Source: Candidatus Phycocordibacter aenigmaticus
Lineage (GTDB): Bacteria; Patescibacteriota; Minisyncoccia; Phycocordibacterales; Phycocordibacteraceae
Direction of reading: 5' to 3'
Length of the DNA stretch: 64,000 nt
NCBI GenBank assembly: GCA_045401115.1
Contig: CP174359.1
Location: 652,667-716,666, forward strand
Part shown: in pieces, positions 31,048-40,522 of the stretch
Layout of the letters: every line of letters begins with the position of its first letter
Numbering within the stretch: position 1 is the stretch's first letter
Notes under the pieces: model-generated
What the model was told of the DNA's origin: nothing
Database searches by the model: none
What the model saw: only the letters and a program-made list of their open reading frames with translations
Program-made: the position numbers and the translations under genes

Positions 31048-32184
31048 ATGACCAACATCAATATCCCTCGTGACGAAGAGCGCGCACTTATCAACAAACT
31101 TGACGAACGCACTGACGCTGAGGCGGCACGTATTAAGCGTTATCTTAGTATGCCTGACCTCTCCCGTACCCCGAGCAGTCCTCTTGCTGATATGGTGGAA
31201 CGAGTAAAGAGTGTCCCTACACTTAAGGATTTTGATGATATTACTATTCCTGAGGTGGTGCCAGCAAACATCTGCTTTGACCTCTTTGATTTCACAGCCG
31301 ACCATCCCGCTCGTTCAAAATCAGATACGTATTATCTTGATGAAGAAAATATCCTACGCACACATGATACGGTCTTTTGGTACTACTACTTACACCTACC
31401 TGAGGTACAAGAGAAAATTAAAGCCGGTGAATCGTTTGGCACCGTTTGTTACGGAAAGGTATATCGTAAAGATGAGATTGACCGGCACCATATGAATGTG
31501 TTTCATCAATTCGGCGGCTGGTTTCTACAGCCCGACTCAGAAGGTATTCTTGAGCTTGACTCACTCAAAGCAGTGCTCTCTGAGGTGGTTGAAAGTGTTT
31601 TTGGAGAGGATGCTGAATATCGTTTTAATGAAGACACATTCCCCTACACCGATCCCTCTCTTGAAGTAGAGGTGAAGATTAACGGTGAATGGATTGAGAT
31701 TTTAGGTGGCGGTATGCCTAAAAAATCAGTGCTTAAGAATATGGGCATTGAGGGATATAACGGCTGGGCATTTGGTTTCGGTCTGGAGCGTCTCGCTATT
31801 ATTTCTATGAAACTCCCTGATATTCGCCTTTTATGGAGTGATGATGAACGCGTAACAAAACAGCTCACACTTGGTCAAGAATTCCAAGAAGTATCTAAAT
31901 ATCCACCAGTTATTCGTGATATTTCTTTTATTGTACCGAATACTTTCACCCCAAATGATTACTTTGATATGGTGCGTGATACTGTGGGCGACGATATGGT
32001 CGAAGAGGTTGAACTCCTTGATAAATATGAGAATGAAGAAAAGTTTGGTGTTGGTAAATTAAGTTATGCATATCGTATTGTGTATCGCTCTCTGGATCGC
32101 ACACTCACGAGTGAAGAGGTGGATGCGCTCCATAAGAAGCTTGAAGCGGCAACAGTAGAACACTTCGATGCCGAGGTTCGCTAA
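31048..32184 (+). CDS. pheS: Single-chain phenylalanine--tRNA ligase (alpha catalytic domain plus FDX-ACB anticodon domain)
   Basis: DHPARSKSDTYY, LRTH, VYRKDEIDRHH..FHQ, FPYTDPS, AFGFGLERLA, then SKYPPVIRDISF..YRSLDRTLT. Confidence 0.9.
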   Translation: MTNINIPRDEERALINKLDERTDAEAARIKRYLSMPDLSRTPSSPLADMVERVKSVPTLKDFDDITIPEVVPANICFDLFDFTADHPARSKSDTYYLDEENILRTHDTVFWYYYLHLPEVQEKIKAGESFGTVCYGKVYRKDEIDRHHMNVFHQFGGWFLQPDSEGILELDSLKAVLSEVVESVFGEDAEYRFNEDTFPYTDPSLEVEVKINGEWIEILGGGMPKKSVLKNMGIEGYNGWAFGFGLERLAIISMKLPDIRLLWSDDERVTKQLTLGQEFQEVSKYPPVIRDISFIVPNTFTPNDYFDMVRDTVGDDMVEEVELLDKYENEEKFGVGKLSYAYRIVYRSLDRTLTSEEVDALHKKLEAATVEHFDAEVR

Positions 32185-32205
32185 AAAACACTTCTTACTT
32201 TACTT

Positions 32206-32235
32206 AAAACACCAGATACGTATCTGGTGTTTTTT
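32206..32235. terminator. Bidirectional terminator
   Basis: AAAACACCAGATA-CG-TATCTGGTGTTTTT. Confidence 0.75.
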
Positions 32236-33136
32236 AAAACCCACTCACTCTATAAAAAAGTTCGCCATCTTTAATATACAGAGATCCGTCAATAACACGG
32301 AATACTGCTTGAGGCGCAGTAGCAACTTGTACGAGCAATCTGGGCTGACGTATGTCTGCTTCAACCAAAAAGACGCCTGAGTGTTCAGTTTGGTATAGCA
32401 CCCCGCCGGCAAAGAACTGCGCATGAGTCACTGTTTTTTTGCCTTCCTCAAGAAAGAAATGGGAAACACAAAGGGATGGGCGTGTACAAAATGAGCTTGG
32501 TGGTGCAGTATTGCGTGTCCATTTTAAAAGTAAATTACCGTTATTGATCACCAACGCTGCTCCGTCACTTTCTGCAACAGGTAGTGATGGCTCAGCGGTA
32601 TCGTGCTGTGTGCTTGACGCGACTGTATTTACATCATTATCAGTGGTAGTGCTTACTGTAAATGCTTCTTGCAGGCGAATATACTCTCGCTCACTTACAT
32701 ACTGTGTGGTCGATGTCGCATTAGTCGTGGTTGCATGTATTTCAAGGTCCTGCTCTACCTGTACAAGCCTCATCTCAATGGGTTGCGGTACCACAAACAT
32801 TGAAGCATTAGTCACTAACTGAGACTCAACAACGATGTCTTTTGACCATGTATGATAACCGTCTTTTCTCCCCTGCACTACATACGACCCCGGTTCGATA
32901 TTATCTAAAAAGAAAGACTTTGAAAAAAGACTTGTACGGCCAATCACTTCACCATTCAGGTGTATTGAAGTTCCTGAGATTGGTGCCGAAAGATATACTC
33001 CTCCATTTGAAACAAGCGAAAAGCCATCAAGACGATACCCTGACGCATAAAGCACTACAATAGGCGTAATGAGCGCAAAGAGCGCAAAAAATAGCAATGA
33101 TACGATACGGCGCGTTTTAAGAGAGAGCGGTTCCAT
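32234..33136 (-). CDS. Membrane-anchored PEGA-like domain protein
   Basis: N-terminal TM ending YASGYR; GGVYLS...IEPGSYVVQGRKDGYHTWSK. Confidence 0.75.
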   Translation of the reverse strand: MEPLSLKTRRIVSLLFFALFALITPIVVLYASGYRLDGFSLVSNGGVYLSAPISGTSIHLNGEVIGRTSLFSKSFFLDNIEPGSYVVQGRKDGYHTWSKDIVVESQLVTNASMFVVPQPIEMRLVQVEQDLEIHATTTNATSTTQYVSEREYIRLQEAFTVSTTTDNDVNTVASSTQHDTAEPSLPVAESDGAALVINNGNLLLKWTRNTAPPSSFCTRPSLCVSHFFLEEGKKTVTHAQFFAGGVLYQTEHSGVFLVEADIRQPRLLVQVATAPQAVFRVIDGSLYIKDGELFYRVSGF

Positions 33137-33171
33137 ACACTTATTCTACCGCAAGGATGGGGTTTTATCGT

Positions 33172-33423
33172 CCTTACTCTTAGGAGAAAGCGAAGTTTGC
33201 TCCCGGCGAGCGTTCGGTAGTGAAGAAGAATTATCTTCTTCACTACCCTCTCTGATCTTGGTGGTAAGCACAGCTTGCTCCCGGCGAGCGTTCGGAAATG
33301 TATAAAAGATTACTTTCATACATTTCCCTCTCTGCTCTTGGGAGTAAATAAAGTTTGCTCCATGCGTCGGTTCGACAATACAGAAGGATTACCTTCTGTA
33401 TTGTTCTCTCTCGACTTTGGAGT
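33172..33423. repeat. Three tandem ~79 bp structured repeat units
   Basis: Conserved TTGCTCC..GTTCG and CTCTCT flank 14-15 bp hairpins with ATTA loops at 33216, 33294 and 33374. Confidence 0.85.
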
Positions 33424-34950
33424 GACCCAGAAACCAATATATTTTTTAAACGCCAAACGAAGTTGCGCTTCAATGCCGGGAATGGCACTAAAAATAATCA
33501 TAGTAAATGGCACTAAAAGCCATTGGAGCCATAAACGCACAAAAGCAAACCGGCTGTGGTTTTTCGGACGTACCGGCATTAGGCGCATACCGTAAATAGC
33601 TAAAAATACCAACCCGAGCATTGCGGCGGTTAAAAACCATGATGAAATAATCGGAAGGTTATATGAAAGCACTGTTGCGTTAAACGCAGCACCACCGATT
33701 AATAACGGAAGCCACCCAACCGCAAACAGGAAAAGTGGTTGCACCGCCAACGACCACGCCCCCTCAATATGAACGCCGAGCAAATGAATTTTTTTTCTCA
33801 GAGGAATACGTGAGTTTTTTATAAAATGGAACATAAGGTAAGGAATATTTTCCGCGCTTCCATACATCCACCGCAAATGTTGTTTATATAAACGTGATGC
33901 CGTACTAAAGAAACCAGGACCGACATTTGCATCCATAGAAACCGGATACAGTATCGGGACTACCCTATAGTTACCGTCGTAGTGCATAAAAAGATTAAAG
34001 AAAATGCGAGAATCTTCGTTCACCATATTACGTTGCCAATAATCAGCTTCAACAAGCGCTTTTAGAGGAATAGCGTGAGATGAAAATGTTGAGAGACGTT
34101 CCGGTCGTTCTTGTTGAATGAGTTGCCAAAATGTTGAAGAATACGCCAAAATGCGAGAAAGAGTCGGTGATGACCAAATATTATTGTTATAGAGCGGTAC
34201 AGGTTGAAACGATGCATGCTGCGCATCTTCTGTGGTTAAAAAATTCCAAGTTACACACGAAAAATAATCGGGATAAATCACCGTATCAGCATCGAAGGCA
34301 GATACGAGTACGTTCTCATATGCAAAACCATGTGTATCAACTACACGTTTCGTCGCCTCACGCGCTGCGTGTGCAATGTTTGAACCCTTCCCGGCAATTT
34401 CTCCTACAATGTCTGCAGGATGTACCGTAATAATAATTTCAAGAAATGTGTCTTGAAAAGCTTCTTGAACACGCTGTGCTATTTCATATGCTTCTGTGCC
34501 AGCACGCTCTTCAGCGCCAAGCACGACTGCAATTTGCTTGGTGTTAAAACGTGACTCAGCAAGCGCTCTCACACTCTCATAGAGCACTTCATAAGGCTCT
34601 TTATAGAAAGGGAAAATAACGACATGATGCACATCGTCAGCTCGTAGTTTAGTAAGCCGCTCACTCCAGTCAATAGTTAAATTGTGTCTGAGGCGATGAA
34701 AACTGTGCCGTAAATGAATAGTGAGGAAAATAGTTTTAAAAAGCCAATAAGCTGAAAAACCAATAGTAAAATATGCAACGATCTTCGGTATAAAGAATGA
34801 AAGTATGATGAATACTATGAGCGTACCAACCGACAAAATACCGGGGATAGTTTCAAAAAAACGATAGAGTGTGCGATCGCTTCCAGAAAGGTCAGAAGCC
34901 CGGCCAATATGTAAATACTCGTTTCTGCGTTTTTTTTCCATATTTTTCAC
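33316..34950 (-). CDS. Membrane glycosyltransferase, family 2
   Basis: PFYKE, GKGSN, DAD, VNEDSR, KQHLRW (QxxRW), several TMs; start may be 34941. Confidence 0.85.
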   Translation of the reverse strand: MKNMEKKRRNEYLHIGRASDLSGSDRTLYRFFETIPGILSVGTLIVFIILSFFIPKIVAYFTIGFSAYWLFKTIFLTIHLRHSFHRLRHNLTIDWSERLTKLRADDVHHVVIFPFYKEPYEVLYESVRALAESRFNTKQIAVVLGAEERAGTEAYEIAQRVQEAFQDTFLEIIITVHPADIVGEIAGKGSNIAHAAREATKRVVDTHGFAYENVLVSAFDADTVIYPDYFSCVTWNFLTTEDAQHASFQPVPLYNNNIWSSPTLSRILAYSSTFWQLIQQERPERLSTFSSHAIPLKALVEADYWQRNMVNEDSRIFFNLFMHYDGNYRVVPILYPVSMDANVGPGFFSTASRLYKQHLRWMYGSAENIPYLMFHFIKNSRIPLRKKIHLLGVHIEGAWSLAVQPLFLFAVGWLPLLIGGAAFNATVLSYNLPIISSWFLTAAMLGLVFLAIYGMRLMPVRPKNHSRFAFVRLWLQWLLVPFTMIIFSAIPGIEAQLRLAFKKYIGFWVTPKSRENNTEGNPSVLSNRRMEQTLFTPKSREGNV

Positions 34951-35051
34951 ACACCTTTCCTATCAACTTAAAACCGTACGTTATACCCTTATATAAACCG
35001 TAGCATGACTTTCATACGTCATTGATTACTACTCTCTATAATTAATGAGTG

Positions 35052-35125
35052 AGCCACCTCCCAGATTCGAACTGGGGACCTACGCTTTACAAGAGCGCCG
35101 CTCTAACCAACTGAGCTAAGGTGGC
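35052..35125 (-). tRNA. tRNA-Thr(UGU), discriminator U73, CCA not encoded
   Basis: Acceptor GCCACCT/AGGTGGC, D-arm AGCTCAGTTGGTTAGAGC, anticodon loop CT-TGT-AA, T-loop TTCGAAT. Confidence 0.96.
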
Positions 35126-35151
35126 AGAATTACTATGCACCAACAAGACTA

Positions 35152-35544
35152 CTATACCGAATCATTGTGTTTTTTTCCATCCTTTTTTGAATCACCAATA
35201 TCTTTAAGAAATGGCGATGGACTACGAAGATCAGCACTGTACCTTCGCGAAGGATGTGTACGGTGACCAATGCGCGAAAGCGTTTTCTCTGCCTTACGAA
35301 GCGCTTTTGCGCTACTCACCACAAGAGTATGCGTCGCTTGATGTATTGCCTGAAAAAACCAAACACGGTAGGTGCGCGGTATATCACCCAGCACGAGTGT
35401 GCGCCAAAGCCTGGTCACCGCACGGTCAAGCGCATCACGCGTCTTGGCAAACACACGCACACCATGCGCGCTTTCAATAATACGAAACGTAATAAACGCG
35501 ATCATACCCGCAAGGCCAACGCTAAACAAGATAAATGCGATCAT
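35152..35544 (-). CDS. Hypothetical membrane protein
   Basis: N-terminal TM, basic C-terminus, directly after tsf. Confidence 0.65.
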   Translation of the reverse strand: MIAFILFSVGLAGMIAFITFRIIESAHGVRVFAKTRDALDRAVTRLWRTLVLGDIPRTYRVWFFQAIHQATHTLVVSSAKALRKAEKTLSRIGHRTHPSRRYSADLRSPSPFLKDIGDSKKDGKKHNDSV

Positions 35545-35551
35545 AGATACC

Positions 35552-36133
35552 CTACCGAGTACTATACCGCGTAAATTCACCTACTTCTATACGTTCTCCA
35601 AATTTTTGTGTCGCGCTATCAATAAGGTCACGAATGGTTTTCTCAGGATCCTTAATGAATTCTTGTTCCATAAGCACGATCCCCTTAAGATACGCGTCCA
35701 CTTTACCCTGACGAATCTTTTCTTTAAGATCATCAGGCTTATCAGCTACCTCTTCATCAAACATTGCGTTAATTTCAGCAAGACGTTCTTCAGGGATATC
35801 ATCACGTTTTAAGTATGCTGGGTTTGCAGCGGTAATGTGCATAGCAATATCGTATGCTAATGCAACAAATTCTTCATTGTTAGAAACGAAATCAGTTTCT
35901 GAAAGAAGAAGCACCATTGAACCAGCAGCACGGTTACTATGGATGTACGCTGATACTGCTCCTGCACCAAGGTCTCGATCTGCTTTTTTTGCAGCAATAG
36001 CTGCACCTTTTTCTTGAAGAATCTGAAGTGCTTTATCATAATCACCTCCCGCCTCTTCAAGCGCCTGTTTACACTGCATTACCGAAATACCGGTAGCATC
36101 TCGTAACTTTTTTACATCTTCAGTACTTGCCAT
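35552..36133 (-). CDS. tsf: Elongation factor Ts, short form
   Basis: VKKLRDATG..MQCKQAL, SETDFV, DIAMHITAANP. Confidence 0.96.
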   Translation of the reverse strand: MASTEDVKKLRDATGISVMQCKQALEEAGGDYDKALQILQEKGAAIAAKKADRDLGAGAVSAYIHSNRAAGSMVLLLSETDFVSNNEEFVALAYDIAMHITAANPAYLKRDDIPEERLAEINAMFDEEVADKPDDLKEKIRQGKVDAYLKGIVLMEQEFIKDPEKTIRDLIDSATQKFGERIEVGEFTRYSTR

Positions 36134-36165
36134 AGGAAAAAATTCTTTAGTGTTTTTTATTTGTA

Positions 36166-36921
36166 TTATGCGGAAGTTGTTTCAGTTTTTTTCACTGATG
36201 CACCAGAAGAGATACCATCGCGGTATGCTCGGACAAGTTCATCAAGAAAGAATTGGACACTCGCCCGTGATGCATCGTTTCCAATAATTGGATGTTGCAC
36301 TTTAGTGACGTCACAATCAGAGTTAAGAATACCAATAACCGGAATACCACTGTCATTCGCTTCTTTCACCGCAATGCTCTCAGCACGAGTATCTACTACC
36401 ATCAATGCCTGCGGTAAAGAATCCATGCCTGAAAGACCGCTAAAAGTCTCTTCAAGTTTAGCAATTTCCCGACCAATCAAAAGTCGTTCTTTTTTTGTAT
36501 ATTTCTTTGCAAGGACTCCTGTCTCACGTTCCTCGGTGAGGTCAGCGAGTCGTTGTACGCGCTTTTTGATTTCAGAAAAGTTGGTCAGTGTACCGCCAAT
36601 CCAACGCCCAGCAACATACGGCATATCGAGTGCATCGGCAGCTTCACGAGTGCTTTCACGCACTTCAGGTTTACCACCAACAAAAAGAACCTTCTTTCCG
36701 TCTGCTCCAAGAGAGCGCATAAAAGCAAGCGCCTCTTCAAGTTTTTCAGAACTTTTAGTTAAATCAATAATATCGTTTTTACCCTTACTCCCGAAGATAA
36801 AATCACGCATTGATGCGTGGCGACGCGCACGTGAGTATCCAAGGTGAGCTCCCACATTAAAAAGTGCGCCGAGTAGTGAGTTCGGTGTGTCTTTAGTAGC
36901 TTCTGTTTGACTATCGGTCAT
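36166..36921 (-). CDS. rpsB: 30S ribosomal protein S2
   Basis: GAHLG, RWIGGTLTNF, IIGNDAS; start inferred from TTGCCT-17 nt-TACATT promoter (36930-36958). Confidence 0.96.
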   Translation of the reverse strand: MTDSQTEATKDTPNSLLGALFNVGAHLGYSRARRHASMRDFIFGSKGKNDIIDLTKSSEKLEEALAFMRSLGADGKKVLFVGGKPEVRESTREAADALDMPYVAGRWIGGTLTNFSEIKKRVQRLADLTEERETGVLAKKYTKKERLLIGREIAKLEETFSGLSGMDSLPQALMVVDTRAESIAVKEANDSGIPVIGILNSDCDVTKVQHPIIGNDASRASVQFFLDELVRAYRDGISSGASVKKTETTSA

Positions 36922-36969
36922 GTTCGAAAAATGTACCATGAGTGGCTTGTTTAGGCAATAGAATAGGTC

Positions 36970-37929
36970 TTATTGCACCTGCGCATCATTTTCAAGCGCC
37001 GTTGCAGCTTCTTGCACATCAGAAAGAATATCTTCTATATTGCCCAATAAAATACCCTCGATATTATGCCAACTCTTTTTAATACGATGATCGGTTACCC
37101 TATCCTGAAGAACGTTGTATGTACGAATTTTTTCACTCCGGTCACCGGTTCCAATTTGATTACGACGCACTTCAGCATGTTTTTGTGCCTCTTCTTCTTC
37201 AAATTGCGACTCAACTTTTGCAGTTAAAATTTCCATAGCTTTCTCACGGTTTGCTTGCTGACTACGTGCCGAATCACTCCGCACCTCAATACCAGTTGGA
37301 ATGTGCACTAACCGTACTGCTGTCTCAACTTTGTTCACATTCTGTCCACCCGCGCCACCGGAGCGGGAAAATTCCATATGAATATCTTCTGTTTTAAGTT
37401 CAATCTTTGGTTTTTTACGAATAGGAAGCACTGCTACACTTGCGGTTGATGTATGAATACGACCTGACTTTTCCGTCTCAGGTATACGCTGTACACGATG
37501 TACACCAGTCTCGTAGCGTAATTTCTCGTATACCCCCTTCCCTTTTATCTCGGCAGAAAGACTGTCAATCGGTTTTACGTCCCACCCTTGTTGCCCGGCA
37601 TAGTTTTCATACATGGTAAAAAGATCATGAGCAAAAATATTCGCCTCATCGCCACCTGCGCCAGCGCGAATTTCCATCACCACCGCAACAGGCTTTTCTC
37701 CTTCCTTTACCTCTTCAGTAGCAATATCTGCCATGTTTTTTTCAAGCGCGATTTGTTGCTCTTCAAGCACCTTTCGTTCTTCCTCGGCAAGCTCCTCCAT
37801 CGAAGGGTCTTCGGCAACCATATGGGTAATTCGTTCAAGCTCCTTGGAAATGCGCTCATACTCACCAGCAAAGAATGCAGTGCGCGGGTTCTCTTTGTAT
37901 TCGTGTAGTTGTGTTTCGTTTATAGCCAT
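36970..37929 (-). CDS. prfA: Peptide chain release factor 1
   Basis: [21 protein letters not shown] (PxT), [20 protein letters not shown]. Confidence 0.95.
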   Translation of the reverse strand: MAINETQLHEYKENPRTAFFAGEYERISKELERITHMVAEDPSMEELAEEERKVLEEQQIALEKNMADIATEEVKEGEKPVAVVMEIRAGAGGDEANIFAHDLFTMYENYAGQQGWDVKPIDSLSAEIKGKGVYEKLRYETGVHRVQRIPETEKSGRIHTSTASVAVLPIRKKPKIELKTEDIHMEFSRSGGAGGQNVNKVETAVRLVHIPTGIEVRSDSARSQQANREKAMEILTAKVESQFEEEEAQKHAEVRRNQIGTGDRSEKIRTYNVLQDRVTDHRIKKSWHNIEGILLGNIEDILSDVQEAATALENDAQVQ

Positions 37930-37974
37930 AGATAAAAAGCAGCACCTGTGTACTGCTTTATAGTATATCAAGCG

Positions 37975-38229
37975 TTATTTCTTTGCTTTCGCAGCACGCT
38001 GTTTAAACTTCTCAACGCGACCAGCGCGGTCAATAGTAGTCTTTACACCAGTATAAAACGGATGTGAGGCTGAACTAATTTCCATTGTATAGAGAGGATA
38101 CTCGTTTCCGTCATCCCACTTTGCTGTTGCTTCGGTCTCTACTGTTGAGCCAATAAGAAAACGCGTACCAGAACTCTGGTCTTCAAAAATCACCTTGCGG
38201 TAGTTATCTGGGTGAATATCCTTTTTCAT
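37975..38229 (-). CDS. rpmE2: 50S ribosomal protein L31 type B
   Basis: [31 protein letters not shown], no Cys. Confidence 0.95.
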   Translation of the reverse strand: MKKDIHPDNYRKVIFEDQSSGTRFLIGSTVETEATAKWDDGNEYPLYTMEISSASHPFYTGVKTTIDRAGRVEKFKQRAAKAKK

Positions 38230-38280
38230 GTGAAGAAACTATAACAAAAAACACCAGAAATGCAATGAACTCTGTTCTCC

Positions 38281-39687
38281 TTAAGAACCCGCCAATTGAT
38301 TAATAAGTCGCTGGAATTCATCAGCAAACCCCATCACGCCATCTCCATAAAATGCGTATTGTGGTTTATTAGCATTATTCCATCCAGCGAAGTAGCGAAG
38401 TGCGGCACACTTTTCTGGATCATTTGTTAGTTTACATGTGGAGGTTTCTTTCCCCGCACCATTGTCCGCCATTAACATACCGGTTGCCGTAAACGCGTCT
38501 TCGTTATTGTAGGGATTTGACGGGTCGTTGCCTTTAAGGGCAATACGAATACGGTCTTTGTTTGCCCGATACTCCCACGGACCCTGCCAAAATGCATCCC
38601 AGCTCATAGAACGTGAAGCATTGTTACAGTCACCTGTTTTAACGTTGATAAACCCGCCATAACAAACCCAGGTGGACGGAATAAACTGACTCGGCCCCAT
38701 AGCGCCTCCCCAGCCATAACTTGGCGCTTGAGAAACCGGCACACTGTCAGGGTCAAGGCCGAGTGTGTCCATAATATACGTAAATACCGGTTGATCACGT
38801 GTTGGGTGCATGTCAGTACGCCATGAACCGGTACCAAGAAATTCTCCTAATCGTGTCTCCTGTTTAAGAATTGCAAGAATCAGTGCCGGGCGAACCCCCA
38901 CTGCACTCCCGGCACGTTCAGCATGGTCGAGGGCTTGTCCGAACGGAATGGCCGCCGAATCACGAAGTGAGAAAAGTTCTGCGCGAATCTCAGATGCGGT
39001 TTTCTCAATTGAATTAATTAATTCTTGGTATGCGTCTTCTTCGCCTTGAGTAACCCTTAGAATTTCTGCTCGCTGTGCTTGGCGTTCCTCAATTTTGCGT
39101 TTTTCAAGTACCTGAAGGGTCCGTAGCTCTTGCTCTTCAATGCGTCGAGCCTCAAGGGCGCTCCGTTCTTCAGCAGTCACGTCTTTTGTATCTTCAATAT
39201 CGTAAAATGATTCTCGTAAGGAGGCTTTAATAACGGCAAACGCATCAACATCGGCAAAAAAATCAGATACGTTCTTTGAAGCTAACACGAATTCAGCTAG
39301 TGTATGATCATCAATTTCGTTTGTTTTTCGTAAAATATTTGCCAGTGATTCCTTTTCTCGGGCAAGCTTTTTATCAAGCTCAGTGATGGTCTCTGATTTT
39401 TCGCCAATATCATTCGTGAGTGATCTGATAGAGAGGTCACGGGCGCGTATGGAAAGTTGCGCTTTTTCTATCTCAGCATCAAGAATAGCGATGTCTCGTT
39501 CCAGCGAAACACGTTCTCGTTGTTTCTCTTCCAAAAAAACCGATTGATTTTCAATTTCTGCTTCAAGCGCAGCAAGGTCACGCTTTAGTTGCTCACGACG
39601 TTCAGCGACATCATCGGCACCAACCGCTTGGATGGTGCCAAGCGGAAGAAGTATCAGTAGTGCAAGTGTCGCAACAACAATTCTCAT
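38281..39687 (-). CDS. Secreted coiled-coil protein with C-terminal lytic transglycosylase (MltB/SLT_2-like) domain
   Basis: Signal peptide, long heptad region, ILAILKQET, GAMGPSQFIPSTW. Confidence 0.82.
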   Translation of the reverse strand: MRIVVATLALLILLPLGTIQAVGADDVAERREQLKRDLAALEAEIENQSVFLEEKQRERVSLERDIAILDAEIEKAQLSIRARDLSIRSLTNDIGEKSETITELDKKLAREKESLANILRKTNEIDDHTLAEFVLASKNVSDFFADVDAFAVIKASLRESFYDIEDTKDVTAEERSALEARRIEEQELRTLQVLEKRKIEERQAQRAEILRVTQGEEDAYQELINSIEKTASEIRAELFSLRDSAAIPFGQALDHAERAGSAVGVRPALILAILKQETRLGEFLGTGSWRTDMHPTRDQPVFTYIMDTLGLDPDSVPVSQAPSYGWGGAMGPSQFIPSTWVCYGGFINVKTGDCNNASRSMSWDAFWQGPWEYRANKDRIRIALKGNDPSNPYNNEDAFTATGMLMADNGAGKETSTCKLTNDPEKCAALRYFAGWNNANKPQYAFYGDGVMGFADEFQRLINQLAGS

Positions 39688-39748
39688 AGTGTCCCCTTTA
39701 GTATAGCAAGTGTGACGCACTCCTCCCATAATTACACTGGGTACTAAT

Positions 39749-39770
39749 AAAACCCGACGAGTCGGGTTTT
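39749..39770 (-). terminator. Terminator after rplY
   Basis: AAAACCCGAC-GA-GTCGGGTTTT. Confidence 0.65.
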
Positions 39771-39796
39771 ATATTTTTGAAAATATGATGTCTAAA

Positions 39797-40462
39797 CTAG
39801 TCTTCTTGTTTTTCAGAATCACTCTCTTCACTATCACCCTCTTCTTCTTTCTTGCCACGATCCTCTGAAATACCAATAGCATCCATATCAGGCTCTTCAG
39901 CTGATTCCTCTGTCTCCTCTTCAGGCATTGCAAGCGTTACCACTGTTTCTTCAGGATCAGTAATTAACGTCACTCCGGCAGGAAGTGAAATGTCTCCTGC
40001 AGAAATGGTATCGTCAAGTGTCTTGAGGCTAGAAATATCAACCACAAACTCATGCGGCAAGTTGGTTGCTTCAGCTTCAATAGTGATTTCATGAAGTGCC
40101 TTGATAACATTCGCACCAAGCTCTTTGACCGCTGAAGATTCTCCAGTAAATTCAATAGGAATCTCCACCTCTACTTTCTGTCCTTTCTTTACGATATAGA
40201 AATCTGCATGACGTGGCTCATTTGCCAATGGGTCAATATCAATCTCATGGATCAGCACATTTTTTACCTCACCATCAATAGATAATTTGATAATAGTTGA
40301 TTCACCTGCGTCTTTGAATACACGAGTAAAATCAGACGTAGCAACTTCGATTGCAATCGAATCTTCCTGTGCACCATACACCACAGCTGGCATACGACCT
40401 TCCGCACGGAGTGTTTGTACGCCTTTTCCTGTTATTGATCGTTTTTGGGCATTAAGTTCCAT
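39797..40462 (-). CDS. rplY: 50S ribosomal protein L25/Ctc
   Basis: LRAEGRMPAVVYG, HADFY, Ctc C-terminal domain; promoter TTGCCA-17 nt-TATACT at 40474-40502. Confidence 0.95.
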   Translation of the reverse strand: MELNAQKRSITGKGVQTLRAEGRMPAVVYGAQEDSIAIEVATSDFTRVFKDAGESTIIKLSIDGEVKNVLIHEIDIDPLANEPRHADFYIVKKGQKVEVEIPIEFTGESSAVKELGANVIKALHEITIEAEATNLPHEFVVDISSLKTLDDTISAGDISLPAGVTLITDPEETVVTLAMPEEETEESAEEPDMDAIGISEDRGKKEEEGDSEESDSEKQED

Positions 40463-40522
40463 ATATGCATGGGAGTATAACCCGTGGTCTTATAAATGGC
40501 AATAATCTATTCCGAATAAAAC

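Noticed and set aside
33172-33423. CRISPR array
   Set aside because: Only three degenerate units, the variable parts are self-complementary hairpins rather than spacers, and there are no cas genes in the window.
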